In this document: positions 54,728 to 64,000 of the stretch, one piece after another
Layout: each line of letters begins with the position of its first letter
Numbering within the stretch: the stretch's first letter is position 1
Source: an uncultured delta proteobacterium
GTDB taxonomy: Bacteria > Desulfobacterota > Binatia > UBA9968
DNA: 64,000 bases
Reading direction: 5' to 3'
Assembly: GCA_963755715.1 (NCBI GenBank)
Contig: CAVWLW010000003.1
Span: 73,351 to 137,350 of the forward strand
Made by a program: the position numbers and the translations under genes
The notes under the pieces: model-generated
What the model was told of the DNA's origin: nothing
The model's database searches: none
Seen by the model: only the letters and a program-made list of their open reading frames with translations

Positions 54728-54812
54728 GAAGAGGTCGCCGAGCGCGAAGATCTGACTGTCCCAGGAACGCCAAGCGATCGTTGCCGACAATGCGCGCCGG
54801 GTTTTCAGTCTA
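54728..54812 (+). pseudogene. C-terminal remnant of an amidohydrolase_2 gene
   Basis: EEVAEREDLT/QERQAIVADNARRVFSL resembles the tail ERTDLSEPQKRKILYDNSVRLF of 50165-51304. Confidence 0.55.
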
Positions 54813-54851
54813 GACGCGTGCGAGGCGGGAGCCGGACCACCGGAAGACGGT

Positions 54852-55880
54852 ATGACAAAAATTTTCGTAAGTTTTATAATTACTCTCCTTTGGCTCGCCG
54901 GCGCCGATGCACAGACGCCTTTTTACCAAGGCAAGACGATTTCCATCATCGTCGGTTATCAAGCCGGCGACGGTTACGATATCTGGTCGCGACTGTTAGC
55001 GGCGCATATGGGCAAGCATATTCCGGGCAACCCCGGCATGATCGCGCAAAATATGCCGGGGGCGGGTTCGATGATCGCCGCCAATCACATCTTTAATGTC
55101 GCCAAGCCGGACGGCCTGAGCCTGGGGTCGATCGGTCCATCGCTTTATCTCGATCAGCTGGTCGGCAAAAAGGAAGTCCATTTCGACTGGGCCAAATTCG
55201 GCTGGGTCGGTTCCACCGAGAATACGCCCTGGCTTTTTTACATGAACAGCAACACGCCGTACAAATCGATGGATGACGTGCGCAAAGCGAAGGAAGCGCC
55301 GAAGTGTTCGGCGACCAGCACCGGCACGAGCGGTCACTTTATTCCCAAGCTACTCGAAGAAGCATTGGGCGCGAAGTTCAACGTCGTGATGGGCTATCAG
55401 GGTGGCGCGGAACAGGACTTAGCTTTCGAAAGGGGCGAGGTCGTATGCCGGTCGCTGAGCATTCCCACGTTCTTCGCGCGCGAACCGTTTACCACTTGGC
55501 GCAAAAAAAACATGGTGCGTATTCTCTTACAAACCGGGCGCAAGCGTGACCCCAGAATGCCGGATGTGCCGACGATCCATGAACTCATGAATGAATACAA
55601 AACTTCCGCGACCACGCAGGCGCTGGTCGGCGCCGTGCTGGCTTCCGGCGATCTCGGCCGGCCGTTTATTACGCCGCCGGGCACGGCTCCGGAGCGCCTG
55701 AAGACTCTGCGCGACGCCTTTCGGAAAACGATGACAGATCCGGCATTTTTAGCGGACGTTAAAGCAAGAAAACTTGAGGCCGATCCTGACTATGGAGAAG
55801 ATCTCGAAGCGATCGCGAAAGAAGCGGTGTCGCAACCGCGAGAAATTGTCGAGCGCATGAAAAAGCTGCTGAGCGAGTGA
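54852..55880 (+). CDS. Tripartite tricarboxylate transporter receptor (TctC/Bug family)
   Basis: FYQGKTISIIVG, NMPGAGS, AKPDGL, GYQGG; no TctA/TctB nearby. Confidence 0.9.
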   Translation: MTKIFVSFIITLLWLAGADAQTPFYQGKTISIIVGYQAGDGYDIWSRLLAAHMGKHIPGNPGMIAQNMPGAGSMIAANHIFNVAKPDGLSLGSIGPSLYLDQLVGKKEVHFDWAKFGWVGSTENTPWLFYMNSNTPYKSMDDVRKAKEAPKCSATSTGTSGHFIPKLLEEALGAKFNVVMGYQGGAEQDLAFERGEVVCRSLSIPTFFAREPFTTWRKKNMVRILLQTGRKRDPRMPDVPTIHELMNEYKTSATTQALVGAVLASGDLGRPFITPPGTAPERLKTLRDAFRKTMTDPAFLADVKARKLEADPDYGEDLEAIAKEAVSQPREIVERMKKLLSE

Positions 55881-55897
55881 AAGAGAGGATTGATTGA

Positions 55898-56431
55898 ATG
55901 GCGGATTTAAAGTGTCCAAACTGCGCTCGCGATTTTGTCCGGCGGGTTTCCCGGACCGGCGTGGTCGAAAGGCTTCTCAGCGTCTTTTACGTTTATCCGT
56001 TTAAATGCCAACTCTGCGGCTATCGCTTCCGATTTTTCCAATGGGGGGTTCGGTATTTCAGGGTCGAGGAAGATCGACGCGAATACGATCGCATGGAAAT
56101 GAGTTTTCCGGTTACTTTCGCATCCGACGAAGGATCGGGAGATGGCACGCTGGTGAACGTTTCGATGGGCGGGTGTAGCTTGAGGACCCGAGTTGAACTT
56201 CCGATAGGAACGATCATCAAGCTTACCTTGCAAGTTTCCAGCGACATTCAGCCCGTAGTGGTCGACGCCGCGGTGGTGCGCAGCGTGCGTGCCGGCGGCT
56301 TGGGCGTCGAGTTTCTTCAATGGCAGCAAAGCGAGCGAGAACGATTGCAGCTTTTTGTCAGGGGCCTGCTCATCGGTCATGGCGCGGAATTAACTTCCGC
56401 TGCGCCGACTCTGCAAAATCTATCGCGCTAG
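55898..56431 (+). CDS. Zinc-ribbon + PilZ domain protein
   Basis: CPNC...CQLC; PilZ motifs RxxxR (REYDR) and NxSxGG (NVSMGG). Confidence 0.85.
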   Translation: MADLKCPNCARDFVRRVSRTGVVERLLSVFYVYPFKCQLCGYRFRFFQWGVRYFRVEEDRREYDRMEMSFPVTFASDEGSGDGTLVNVSMGGCSLRTRVELPIGTIIKLTLQVSSDIQPVVVDAAVVRSVRAGGLGVEFLQWQQSERERLQLFVRGLLIGHGAELTSAAPTLQNLSR

Positions 56432-56523
56432 TTGCCGCCGGACGGTAGCGCGGCTTCACCTCCTACGCATCGGCTTCATGATTCCAATTGAACCGGGATC
56501 GCGCCCATTCATGTCCCAAGCCG

Positions 56524-57513
56524 TCAAGACGGCACGGCATCGTTCACTTTTTGCATCGGAATGACATAGTAGGGAACGTATCCGGAGCCGTCGTCGACTT
56601 CCAACCTTTCCTCGAAACCGTCCACCGTCGGCCGCAAGATTTTGCGTGCGCGCTTCCAGCGGTCACGATGGCCCGGCGGTTCGTCGGCAAACTGGAGCAT
56701 TTGCTCGCGGCGCTCAACCCGATATTCGCGCACGACGCCGCCGTCGGTGTAAGCGTGTGCGGTGATCGTGCCGGAGGCGGCCTCCGATCCGACGATGACC
56801 AGCGCCTTGTGCACGTCCTTGCGGCCGTCGGCAAGCGGATAACTTGCGTCCATGCGCAGGGCGATGAAACGGCCGCCGGCTTCGAAGGTGCCGACCACTT
56901 CTTTGTGAAACGCATAGGAGTTCATCGCGTAGCGGCCTTGGCCGCGGAAGTGACCGAGGAGAAATCCCAGTGGCTTTAACTGAGCGCTCGGTTTGCCGTG
57001 GTCGTGCACCGGATCGTGAAGAAATTCTTCGGCCTCGCCCGGATCGATCAGCAGCGAACCGGTTTGCACGGCAGCTTTGACGAAGGCGAGCACGGCGCGC
57101 CAGTCTTTCTCGCTGTTGACCTGAGCGAACGTCTGCTGGCGCTCGCCGATGCGCAGCGATAACACCGGCGCTTGCTTGCACGGTCCCTGGCAGCCGGTCT
57201 TGGCAATCGGCAAACCGAGCTCGCGGCTCAAGCTCTCGAGGGCGTCGGCAGAAGTATCGAAGCTCGATTGGCCACAGCAAGGTTGCGCCGCGCATAAATA
57301 CAAACGATTCTTTCCTTCGCAATAATTTTTCTTTGCCTGAGTTAGAAGGTTGAGCAGTTCATCGGCAGACGGTGATAAACGGCGAAGATGCAAGAAATGG
57401 CGGAATTGCGCCAGAGCGGGCTCGGTCCACGAGCCTGCTACTTTAACCAAAAAGCCGGACGCGTGAAATGCAATCTCATGGGATGTTGCAACCGATTTCT
57501 GAGAGTGTTTCAT
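56524..57513 (-). CDS. Thioredoxin-like [2Fe-2S] ferredoxin domain fused to a nitrobindin/FABP-like beta-barrel
   Basis: YLCAAQPCC...TGCQGPCKQAPV, then LKPLGFLLGHFRGQG and beta-strand-rich sequence; start MKHSQ after ggagg. Confidence 0.65.
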   Translation of the reverse strand: MKHSQKSVATSHEIAFHASGFLVKVAGSWTEPALAQFRHFLHLRRLSPSADELLNLLTQAKKNYCEGKNRLYLCAAQPCCGQSSFDTSADALESLSRELGLPIAKTGCQGPCKQAPVLSLRIGERQQTFAQVNSEKDWRAVLAFVKAAVQTGSLLIDPGEAEEFLHDPVHDHGKPSAQLKPLGFLLGHFRGQGRYAMNSYAFHKEVVGTFEAGGRFIALRMDASYPLADGRKDVHKALVIVGSEAASGTITAHAYTDGGVVREYRVERREQMLQFADEPPGHRDRWKRARKILRPTVDGFEERLEVDDGSGYVPYYVIPMQKVNDAVPS

Positions 57514-57590
57514 CGAGTTCCTCCCGCACGGCGAGGAAGATACTGCGAAGCGCCGGATGGCGTCAAGTAAATGTACGGCTGTGGATAGTC

Positions 57591-57620
57591 GGAAGGGCAG
57601 ACGCAGGCGTCTGCCCTTCC
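57591..57620. repeat. REP-like hairpin
   Basis: ggaagggcagacgc-ag-gcgtctgcccttcc; arms shared with the 15271-15294 hairpin. Confidence 0.7.
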
Positions 57621-57675
57621 GTGCAAATTCAAACGGGTTTGCTGCCAAGCGATCGGTGAACAATGCTAGAGCGGC

Positions 57676-59046
57676 CTACCGTGACCAAAGCTTTTGCCAC
57701 CATTTTTCCTGGGCGTCGACGGTGTTGGAACCGAGATTCATCTGAGCGCGGATATCGGCCAGTTTCCAGCCGGTGAGATCGGCGAGCTGGCGCGCTTCGT
57801 TTTCTTGGCGCTTTAAAACTTCACGGCGGTATTCCTCACTGGCGGGGCAGGACGCTTCCTCGCCTTTCCACGCATGGCGCAGCACGTAACGCGCCTGGAA
57901 GTTATTTTTATCGGCGGTTTCCTGAAGCACCAAGTCCTCGGGAAAATGCTGCGCGTCATAGCGCACGTGCATGCGCGTGACGAAAACATCGCGCGCCCCG
58001 CCCGACGGTGGCGGAACCGGCCGACGGCCAGGACCAGGGATGAATTCGGATCCAACCTCATTATTCAACCAGAAAACACCCAACCCACGAAGCTCTTCAT
58101 AGGACAGCGGCTCGGCTGCGCACGGATCACACCAGTTCATGTCCCAGGCGTATTCAGTAAAAACTGCGCGCATGTCGGCTCGCTTCACTTGCTGATCGAA
58201 CATATCGCGGTAAAAATCTTTGAAACGTGTCTTGATATAGATCGGCAGATCCATCCCCGTTGGCAGCTTCACCGAACGGTAATTGGTCGGTTCGACGCGG
58301 CCTTTTTGCGTTAGCGTGTAGATGAACAATTCCTGATAACCGTCGGCGTTGAGCGTGCCGAGACGAAGCGGCAGCATGAACTTCGGCGATTCGTAGGCGA
58401 CCTGGATCGGGCGCAGATAGTTGAAGCCGAGTTTCGACTGCTCTTTCAGATTCACCTTGGCGACGAAGAAGTGCATTTTCTGTTTGATGTAGCTGCCGAG
58501 CACTTCCGAGGCGCCTCTGGGCAGTCGATAGCCATTTTCCTTAAGCCATGTTTCCAATCCTTGGCCTTGCCTGGCTGAGAGAATGACGATGTCGTATTCG
58601 CCGACCGTATACTGAGCTTGAACCGTGACGCCGAGGGCTTCGGCGCGACCGACAGACGACTTACTCGCCGGCAGAGCGGCGTCGCGGCTCATCTGCCGCT
58701 CCATCAGCGCGAGCAAGCACGGGCTACCGTCGAAATATTCGACCAGCCGCGGCGAAGTGTAGGCATCGAGATGATCGATCACTTTCTTATCGCCGACGTT
58801 GATCTGGCCGCGCTCGATCAGGGTCGGAACGGGGACTACGACAGCAAACTCTTTCGGATCGCCTTTAAAGTCGTTGACCATGGTGATCACGGTCTTGTCG
58901 TCCTGGCGCGCCAAGACGACCTGCGATGCTTTGTTGAAGATCTTCGTGTCGGCTTTGGCGACGTAAAAACCGCAGAACGCCTGCGCGGTTTCGATTTTAA
59001 CCGATAGGCTAAGCAGCAGGACGAAGAACCATGCGACCTTTTTCAT
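57676..59046 (-). CDS. DUF2330 family exported protein
   Basis: AFCGFYVAKAD, FAVVVPVP, PRLVEYFD, FFVAKV, EYAWD...CDPC, FQARY. Confidence 0.88.
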   Translation of the reverse strand: MKKVAWFFVLLLSLSVKIETAQAFCGFYVAKADTKIFNKASQVVLARQDDKTVITMVNDFKGDPKEFAVVVPVPTLIERGQINVGDKKVIDHLDAYTSPRLVEYFDGSPCLLALMERQMSRDAALPASKSSVGRAEALGVTVQAQYTVGEYDIVILSARQGQGLETWLKENGYRLPRGASEVLGSYIKQKMHFFVAKVNLKEQSKLGFNYLRPIQVAYESPKFMLPLRLGTLNADGYQELFIYTLTQKGRVEPTNYRSVKLPTGMDLPIYIKTRFKDFYRDMFDQQVKRADMRAVFTEYAWDMNWCDPCAAEPLSYEELRGLGVFWLNNEVGSEFIPGPGRRPVPPPSGGARDVFVTRMHVRYDAQHFPEDLVLQETADKNNFQARYVLRHAWKGEEASCPASEEYRREVLKRQENEARQLADLTGWKLADIRAQMNLGSNTVDAQEKWWQKLWSR

Positions 59047-59891
59047 AAGCTTCTCCTTTGTTGCCGGTATTTGGGCTGTTCCATTGGTACTTTGTTCCAG
59101 GAATCAGGTAATCGATCAGCGGTGTCAGTACGGAACAAATCGCCAGCGACCAGAGCAATCCGTTGGTGCGGTAGAGGACGAATTGAATGTAAGCGGCGCC
59201 GCCGGCGACGAGCAGCGCGAAGAGAATTCTCCCGGCGCGCGAGTCGGGCGTGGTCTTGGGATCGGAAATCATGAAGAACGTGAACAGCAAAAGCGCGCCG
59301 CTTTGCAGTTGCTTCAGCGGAATCGCGAGCGGATCGCCGAGCCAATAGGCTCTACCGAAGAGGATCGCCGCATAGGAAAAAATAAATGCGTAACTCACGT
59401 CGCTGCGCAGCGCGCGGTGCACGACCATCCCGCCGAGGCAGGCCATCAGAAAGCCGAAGTAAAGTTTGCTGCCCCACTGCGCCGGCGAGACCCAGACTTC
59501 GCCGTTGAGCGCGAGCATGGCGACGATGCCGAAGTTGGTCGGATTGAAGATATGCTTGTGATTCCATTTGAGAACGAATTTACTCGCGATCGTAACCACC
59601 GCGGTGAGGATTAGCAGAAGGGTGCTGTTGGTTCGCAGCAGTAAGCAGAGGGAGAGTCCCGAGATCAGCGCGCTGCGTGGGTCGAAAGCGTGATACCGAG
59701 AAAAACTTGCCGCAGAGAAACTGCGTGATCAGAGCTGTGCCGAGTAAGATGGTCATCTCACGCCTGGCGGTATCGAAACCAAGCCAGCCGACGCCATAGA
59801 TTAAAAGAGCCGCGAGGACGGCGATCTGGTAGTGACGCGGGTCGCTCGCAAAAAAGCGCGAGACTGGGAGAGAAGAAGATTTCGTCGGCAT
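59009..59891 (-). CDS. RnfD/NqrB-like membrane protein (stand-alone; frameshifted)
   Basis: DPRHYQI, SKF...KHIFNPTNFG, WVSPAQWG, FFMISDPKTTP. Confidence 0.8.
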
Positions 59892-60128
59892 TGGCGCCCC
59901 TCCAGTTTTCGGCGGCTGATTCGTACTGGCTGGATTAGACAAAGCGGCGGATAAAAGGTTCGTGAAGGCCGCGCCATCGACGCAACGGAGCTTTAAGTTG
60001 GCGGGAACCGGGCAATATTCGTCATCTTGACGAGACGCCGACTCCTTAAGTAGAGTGAGGCTCTGTCGGATAGATTGTAAATTATTCACCTAACCAAAGG
60101 CTCGTGTAACCAGGAAAGGAGGACGGCC

Positions 60129-61241
60129 ATGTTTGTATGCTTGTCACCCGGAGGTCAGTCGCTCACCCAGGGCGAAGTCGCGAAAGATAAGTTGCTCGTT
60201 GGCACCGTCGACGGCATCTTCGCATTTCAAAAACGCAACGGCTCGTGGCAGGGCGAGGGCACGATGGTTCCCGGTAAGCACTTCAGCTCGATCGTCTTCG
60301 AGCCCACGACCAAGACGCTTTTCGGCGGCACTTATAGTTGTGAGATCTACGCCAGCACGGATCTCGGCAAAACTTGGGAGCGCCGCGACAACGGCATCGG
60401 CGACAAGGAAATTTATTCTCTCGCCAGCCAAATCGTCGATGGCAAGCCGCGCGTCTACGCGGGCACCCAGCCGGCGCATTTGTTTTACAGCGACGATCTC
60501 GGCAAGAGCTGGACCGAGTTGCCGGCACTGCGTCAAGTGCCCGGCGTGGAGAAATGGACATTTCCCGGCCCGCCGCATCTCGCGCACGTCAAGAGCATCA
60601 CGTTTCATCCGAAGGATCCGAACATCATTCACGTCGCCGTCGAAGTCGGCGGCTTTCTCAAGAGCACGGACGGCGGCAAGACTTGGACGACGATCGACAA
60701 CATCAATCCCGATGCGCACCGCGTGCTGATTCCAACCAACGATCCGAGCAAGGTCTACGGCACGGCGCCGACGACCAATTGCGGCCCGGAGACGCCGGCA
60801 GGATTTTGCGTCAGCAGCGACGGCGGCGCGAGCTGGAAGAGCATGACGCCGCGAGATTTCAGGATCGGCTACGTCGATCCGTTCTTCGTCCATCCCGGCA
60901 ATCCGGATTTACTGTTCGTCGCCGGCGCGAAGACGGGGCCAGGCACGTGGAGAAAACTCCACACCGCCGACGCGCGTATCGCGCGCAGCCGCGACGGCGG
61001 CAAGAGCTGGGATATTCTCACCGGCGGCCTGCCCGAGCATATTCGCGCCAACATCGAAGGCATGGCGATGGACGCGTGGAACGGCGGCTACGCGATTTTT
61101 GCCGGCACCACGGACGGCGATATTTTCTACAGCGACGACGAAGGCGAGCACTGGCAGACGATCATCAAAGGCATCGGGCCGGTGTCAAAGTCGCATCATT
61201 ACAGCAATCTCGCGCTGGAGGGGCAGGAAGCGCATCACTAG
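60129..61241 (+). CDS. BNR/Asp-box beta-propeller protein (sialidase-like fold), no signal peptide
   Basis: Six SxDxGxxW Asp-boxes (STDLGKTW, SDDLGKSW, STDGGKTW, SSDGGASW, SRDGGKSW, SDDEGEHW). Confidence 0.88.
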   Translation: MFVCLSPGGQSLTQGEVAKDKLLVGTVDGIFAFQKRNGSWQGEGTMVPGKHFSSIVFEPTTKTLFGGTYSCEIYASTDLGKTWERRDNGIGDKEIYSLASQIVDGKPRVYAGTQPAHLFYSDDLGKSWTELPALRQVPGVEKWTFPGPPHLAHVKSITFHPKDPNIIHVAVEVGGFLKSTDGGKTWTTIDNINPDAHRVLIPTNDPSKVYGTAPTTNCGPETPAGFCVSSDGGASWKSMTPRDFRIGYVDPFFVHPGNPDLLFVAGAKTGPGTWRKLHTADARIARSRDGGKSWDILTGGLPEHIRANIEGMAMDAWNGGYAIFAGTTDGDIFYSDDEGEHWQTIIKGIGPVSKSHHYSNLALEGQEAHH

Positions 61242-61270
61242 CCGGTTATTGCGATTCGTCTAGTTCAGGT

Positions 61271-61303
61271 GTAGGGGCACGGCATACCGTGCCCCTTTTT
61301 TTT
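61271..61303 (+). terminator. GTAG-REP hairpin followed by a U-tract (likely intrinsic terminator)
   Basis: gt-aggggcacgg-cata-ccgtgcccct-ttttttt, 30 bp after the stop codon. Confidence 0.7.
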
Positions 61304-61563
61304 CGTGAATTAGACGATGCAGATTTCGTGACTACCCGGTTGTTCGCTGTGATTGCCCATTACCGCATACGCCAAGCTCTGCAAATCCATGTCGTTTGTC
61401 ATTTCGACCGACGGGAGAAATCTTTCCCAGGTTGTTGGTATTTACTTCAGAAGCAGCTAACAGCCAATCACTCACGATTTTCAGCCGTCAGCCAAATACC
61501 CTTCCTTGACCCTCGGCAACTACCTGGCGTAAAAGACAGCTCAACCGCATCTCGATCTTTTCT

Positions 61564-64000
61564 ATGGCTTCGACCACCAAAAAAGGCGTTAAGAAATCAA
61601 AGGCCAAGCCGCGCCGAGCCGTGGCGAAAAAGTCTCAACCCAAACAAGCACAAACCGTTCAGTCATTGCGGCGAGAACTTGCCGAGGCTCTGGAGCAGCA
61701 GAAGGCGACAAGCGAGATCCTGAGGGTGATCGCAAGTGCGCCGACAGATAGCCAGCCGGTGCTTAACACCATCGCGGAAAATGCAGCGCAGGTGTGTGGC
61801 GCCAGCGATGCTCTCATCTATCGCATCGATGGTGATGTCCTCAGGTTGGTGGCTCACTACGGGCCACTCGCATGGATGAATGAGAGCTTACCTAACAATC
61901 GTGGTTCAGTAACCGGTCGAGCTGTTGTTGAACGGCAAACTATCCACATCCACGACCTAGCCGCCGAGCCTGACACCGAGTTCCCAGTCGGCAAAGTTCT
62001 CCAGCAACGCTTCGGACAACGCACTGTGCTGGCAACGCCCTTGGTGAGTGAAGGAATACCGATCGGCGCTATCGCGATTCGCCGCATGGAAGTTCGACCG
62101 TTCACGGACAGGCAAATTGCATTGTTGGAAACCTTCGCTGATCAGGCCGTGATCGCCATCGAGAACGTGCGATTGTTTCAAGAGCTCAAGGAAGCGTTGG
62201 AGCATCAGACAGCAACCGCCGAGGTACTGGGCATCATCAGCCGTTCGCCGACGGACGTGCAGCCGGTCCTGGACGCTATCGTCGAGAGCGCCGCGCGAGT
62301 TTGTGGAATCGATGACGTGGTGCTGCGGTTGCGCGATGAGAGACTCTATGGTTTTGCGGGCCATTTTGGCTCCATACCCATAACCAGTGGCCGCGTCGAG
62401 ATCAGTCTTTGATGCGCCGCAGTTTGTCTGGATGCGCGAGCATGGCACGATCCACCTTCCCGACGCCCGCGCGCAGAACGAATATTCCAATGGCGGGATT
62501 CCGTCGGCGGCTGGCCTACCTTCTTAAGCGTTCCCCTTCGGCAGCAGCAAGAACTCATTGGAGTGCTAAGCGCACGCCGCATAGAGGTGCGGCCCTTCAG
62601 CCTGGTGCAGATCAAGCTGTTAGAAACTTTCGCCGACCAAGCCGTGATCGCGATCGAGAACGTGCGGCTGTTCCAAGAGCTGCAAGTGCGTAACCGCGAC
62701 CTCACCGAAGCCTTAGAGCAGCAGACGGCGACGAGCGAAGTGCTGGGAGTCATCGCCTCCTCACCGACCGAGCTTCAACCGGTGCTCGACACATTGATCG
62801 CGAACGCGGTGAAACTTTCCGGCGCTACGAAGGGTCATGTGCGCCAGCTCGATGGCGAGTTTCTCCGAGTTGTGGCGCATTACGGCGAGACCGCTGAACA
62901 GATTGCGCTTTACCACAGCTGGCCGGTTCCAGCGGTTCCCGAGCGCGCGGGCGGCCGCGCGCTTTTAGAGAAAAAACCGATCCAAATCCTTGACGTACAA
63001 GCGGAGGAAAATGTCTCCGAGGTAGCTCGTCAGACTGGAGAACGGTCGAGATTAGCAGTGCCATTGCTACGAGAAGGCGCTGCGATCGGCACCATCACAA
63101 TCTGGCGCGACTTTGTCGAACCTTTTACAGATCGACAAATCGAGCTGGTCAAGACTTTCGCCGACCAGGCCGTCATCGCCATCGAGAATGTGCGGCTGTT
63201 CAATGAACTCACCGAAGCGCTGGAGCAGCAAACGGCGACGAGTGAAATATTGGGTGTGATAGCCAGCTCGCCGACGGACATTCAGCCGGTGTTGGATGTG
63301 GTTGCGGAGAATGCAGCGCGGTTTTGTGATGCAAACGATGCGCAAATCTACCGTGTTGATGGCGATGTCTGGTGAAAAGTGGCAAGCATGGAAACATACC
63401 CGTCGATCTTGCCGTCGGCGAGACCGATCTTTGAGTCGCGGTTCGGTAGCGGCCGTGCCATCATCGACCGGCAGATCATCCATATGCAGGATATGATGGC
63501 CGAGCGCGAAGAGAATTATGCTGACGCTTGGCGCGTCGACGAGCGGCTGGGGATTCGGACATCGCTCGCGGTGCCATTACTGCGTGAGGGTGACGCCGTT
63601 GGGGCGATCATGATTCGTCGTACAGAGGTGCGTCCGTTTACGGACAAGCAGATCGCGCTTCTCAAAACCTTCGCCGACCAAGCCGTGATCGCGATCGAGA
63701 ACGTACGCTTGTTTAAAGAACTCGGCGAGCGCAACGCGGAATTGCGCGAGGCACTGGAGCATCAGACCGCAACGGCCGAGGTGCTCGGCATTATCAGCCG
63801 CTCGCCGACGGACGTCCAGCCGGTCCTCGATGCCATCGTCGAGAGCGCGGCGCGGGTTTGCGGGATCGATGACGTGCTGCTGCGGCTCACCGAGGGCGAC
63901 GCTATGGTTTCGCGGGCTCATTTTGGTTCTATAACCGAGGGGACGTGTCGAGGTCGGTATCGACGAGCCGATATCTCGCTGGTTGCGCGAGCAGGGCACG
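61564..64000 (+). CDS. Multi-GAF sensor protein (at least 5 GAF units; frameshifted; runs off window end)
   Basis: Repeated [22 protein letters not shown] and PF...[19 protein letters not shown] linkers. Confidence 0.87.

Noticed and set aside
59009-59891. A complete Rnf/Nqr respiratory complex
   Set aside because: Only one RnfD/NqrB-like gene is present; no other subunits are in the window.
61311-61391. Minus-strand peptide MDLQSLAYAVMGNH as a remnant of a REP-associated tyrosine transposase
   Set aside because: The resemblance is too short, lacks the full HUH motif and could be chance.
145-61723. Long antisense or alternate-frame ORFs (e.g. 145-624, 3258-4187, 22409-23449, 28545-29627, 31326-32504, 50093-51190, 60374-61723)
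   Set aside because: They overlap well-supported genes, lack recognisable motifs and are expected shadows of GC-rich coding DNA.
63373-63375. In-frame TGA in the GAF protein (DGDVW*KVAS) as selenocysteine
   Set aside because: Not a Cys-equivalent position, no SECIS seen, and it lies in an error-rich stretch with nearby indels.
2715-64000. About 20 frameshifted genes as pseudogenes or programmed frameshifts
   Set aside because: Single-base indels are scattered across unrelated genes, including cysT and cysA, with otherwise intact sequence and no shared slippery motif. This is most consistent with long-read consensus errors; read polishing would decide.

Overview
GC-rich bacterial chromosome segment with no rRNA, tRNA, CRISPR array or intact transposase recognised. 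The gene content resembles uncultured soil Deltaproteobacteria/Binatota-like genomes (inference only). About 20 genes are split by single-base indels that look like long-read assembly errors. Contents in order: selB/selA; a hydantoinase/oxoprolinase A gene plus two B paralogs; five NMT1/THI5-like binding-protein paralogs interleaved with an MBL hydrolase, two carrying a vicinal Cys-Cys motif; an alternating array of Rieske oxygenase alpha subunits and Fe/thiamine-type binding proteins around one permease, ending in a Rieske protein with no catalytic iron site; assorted oxidoreductases, MFS transporters and amidohydrolases; an Rrf2-linked sbp-cysTWA sulfate operon; a TctC-like receptor; a Zn-ribbon-PilZ protein; an RnfD-like/DUF2330 pair followed by a [2Fe-2S] ferredoxin-nitrobindin-like fusion; a BNR beta-propeller; and a multi-GAF sensor running off the end. 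Intergenic DNA is full of REPs, short tandem repeats and miniature inverted-repeat elements, including a four-layer nested element. The best candidates for an undescribed system are the Rieske/binding-protein array (15.4-25.2 kb) and the ferredoxin-nitrobindin/DUF2330/RnfD-like locus (56.5-59.9 kb). All family calls come from motif recognition by eye; no searches were run.
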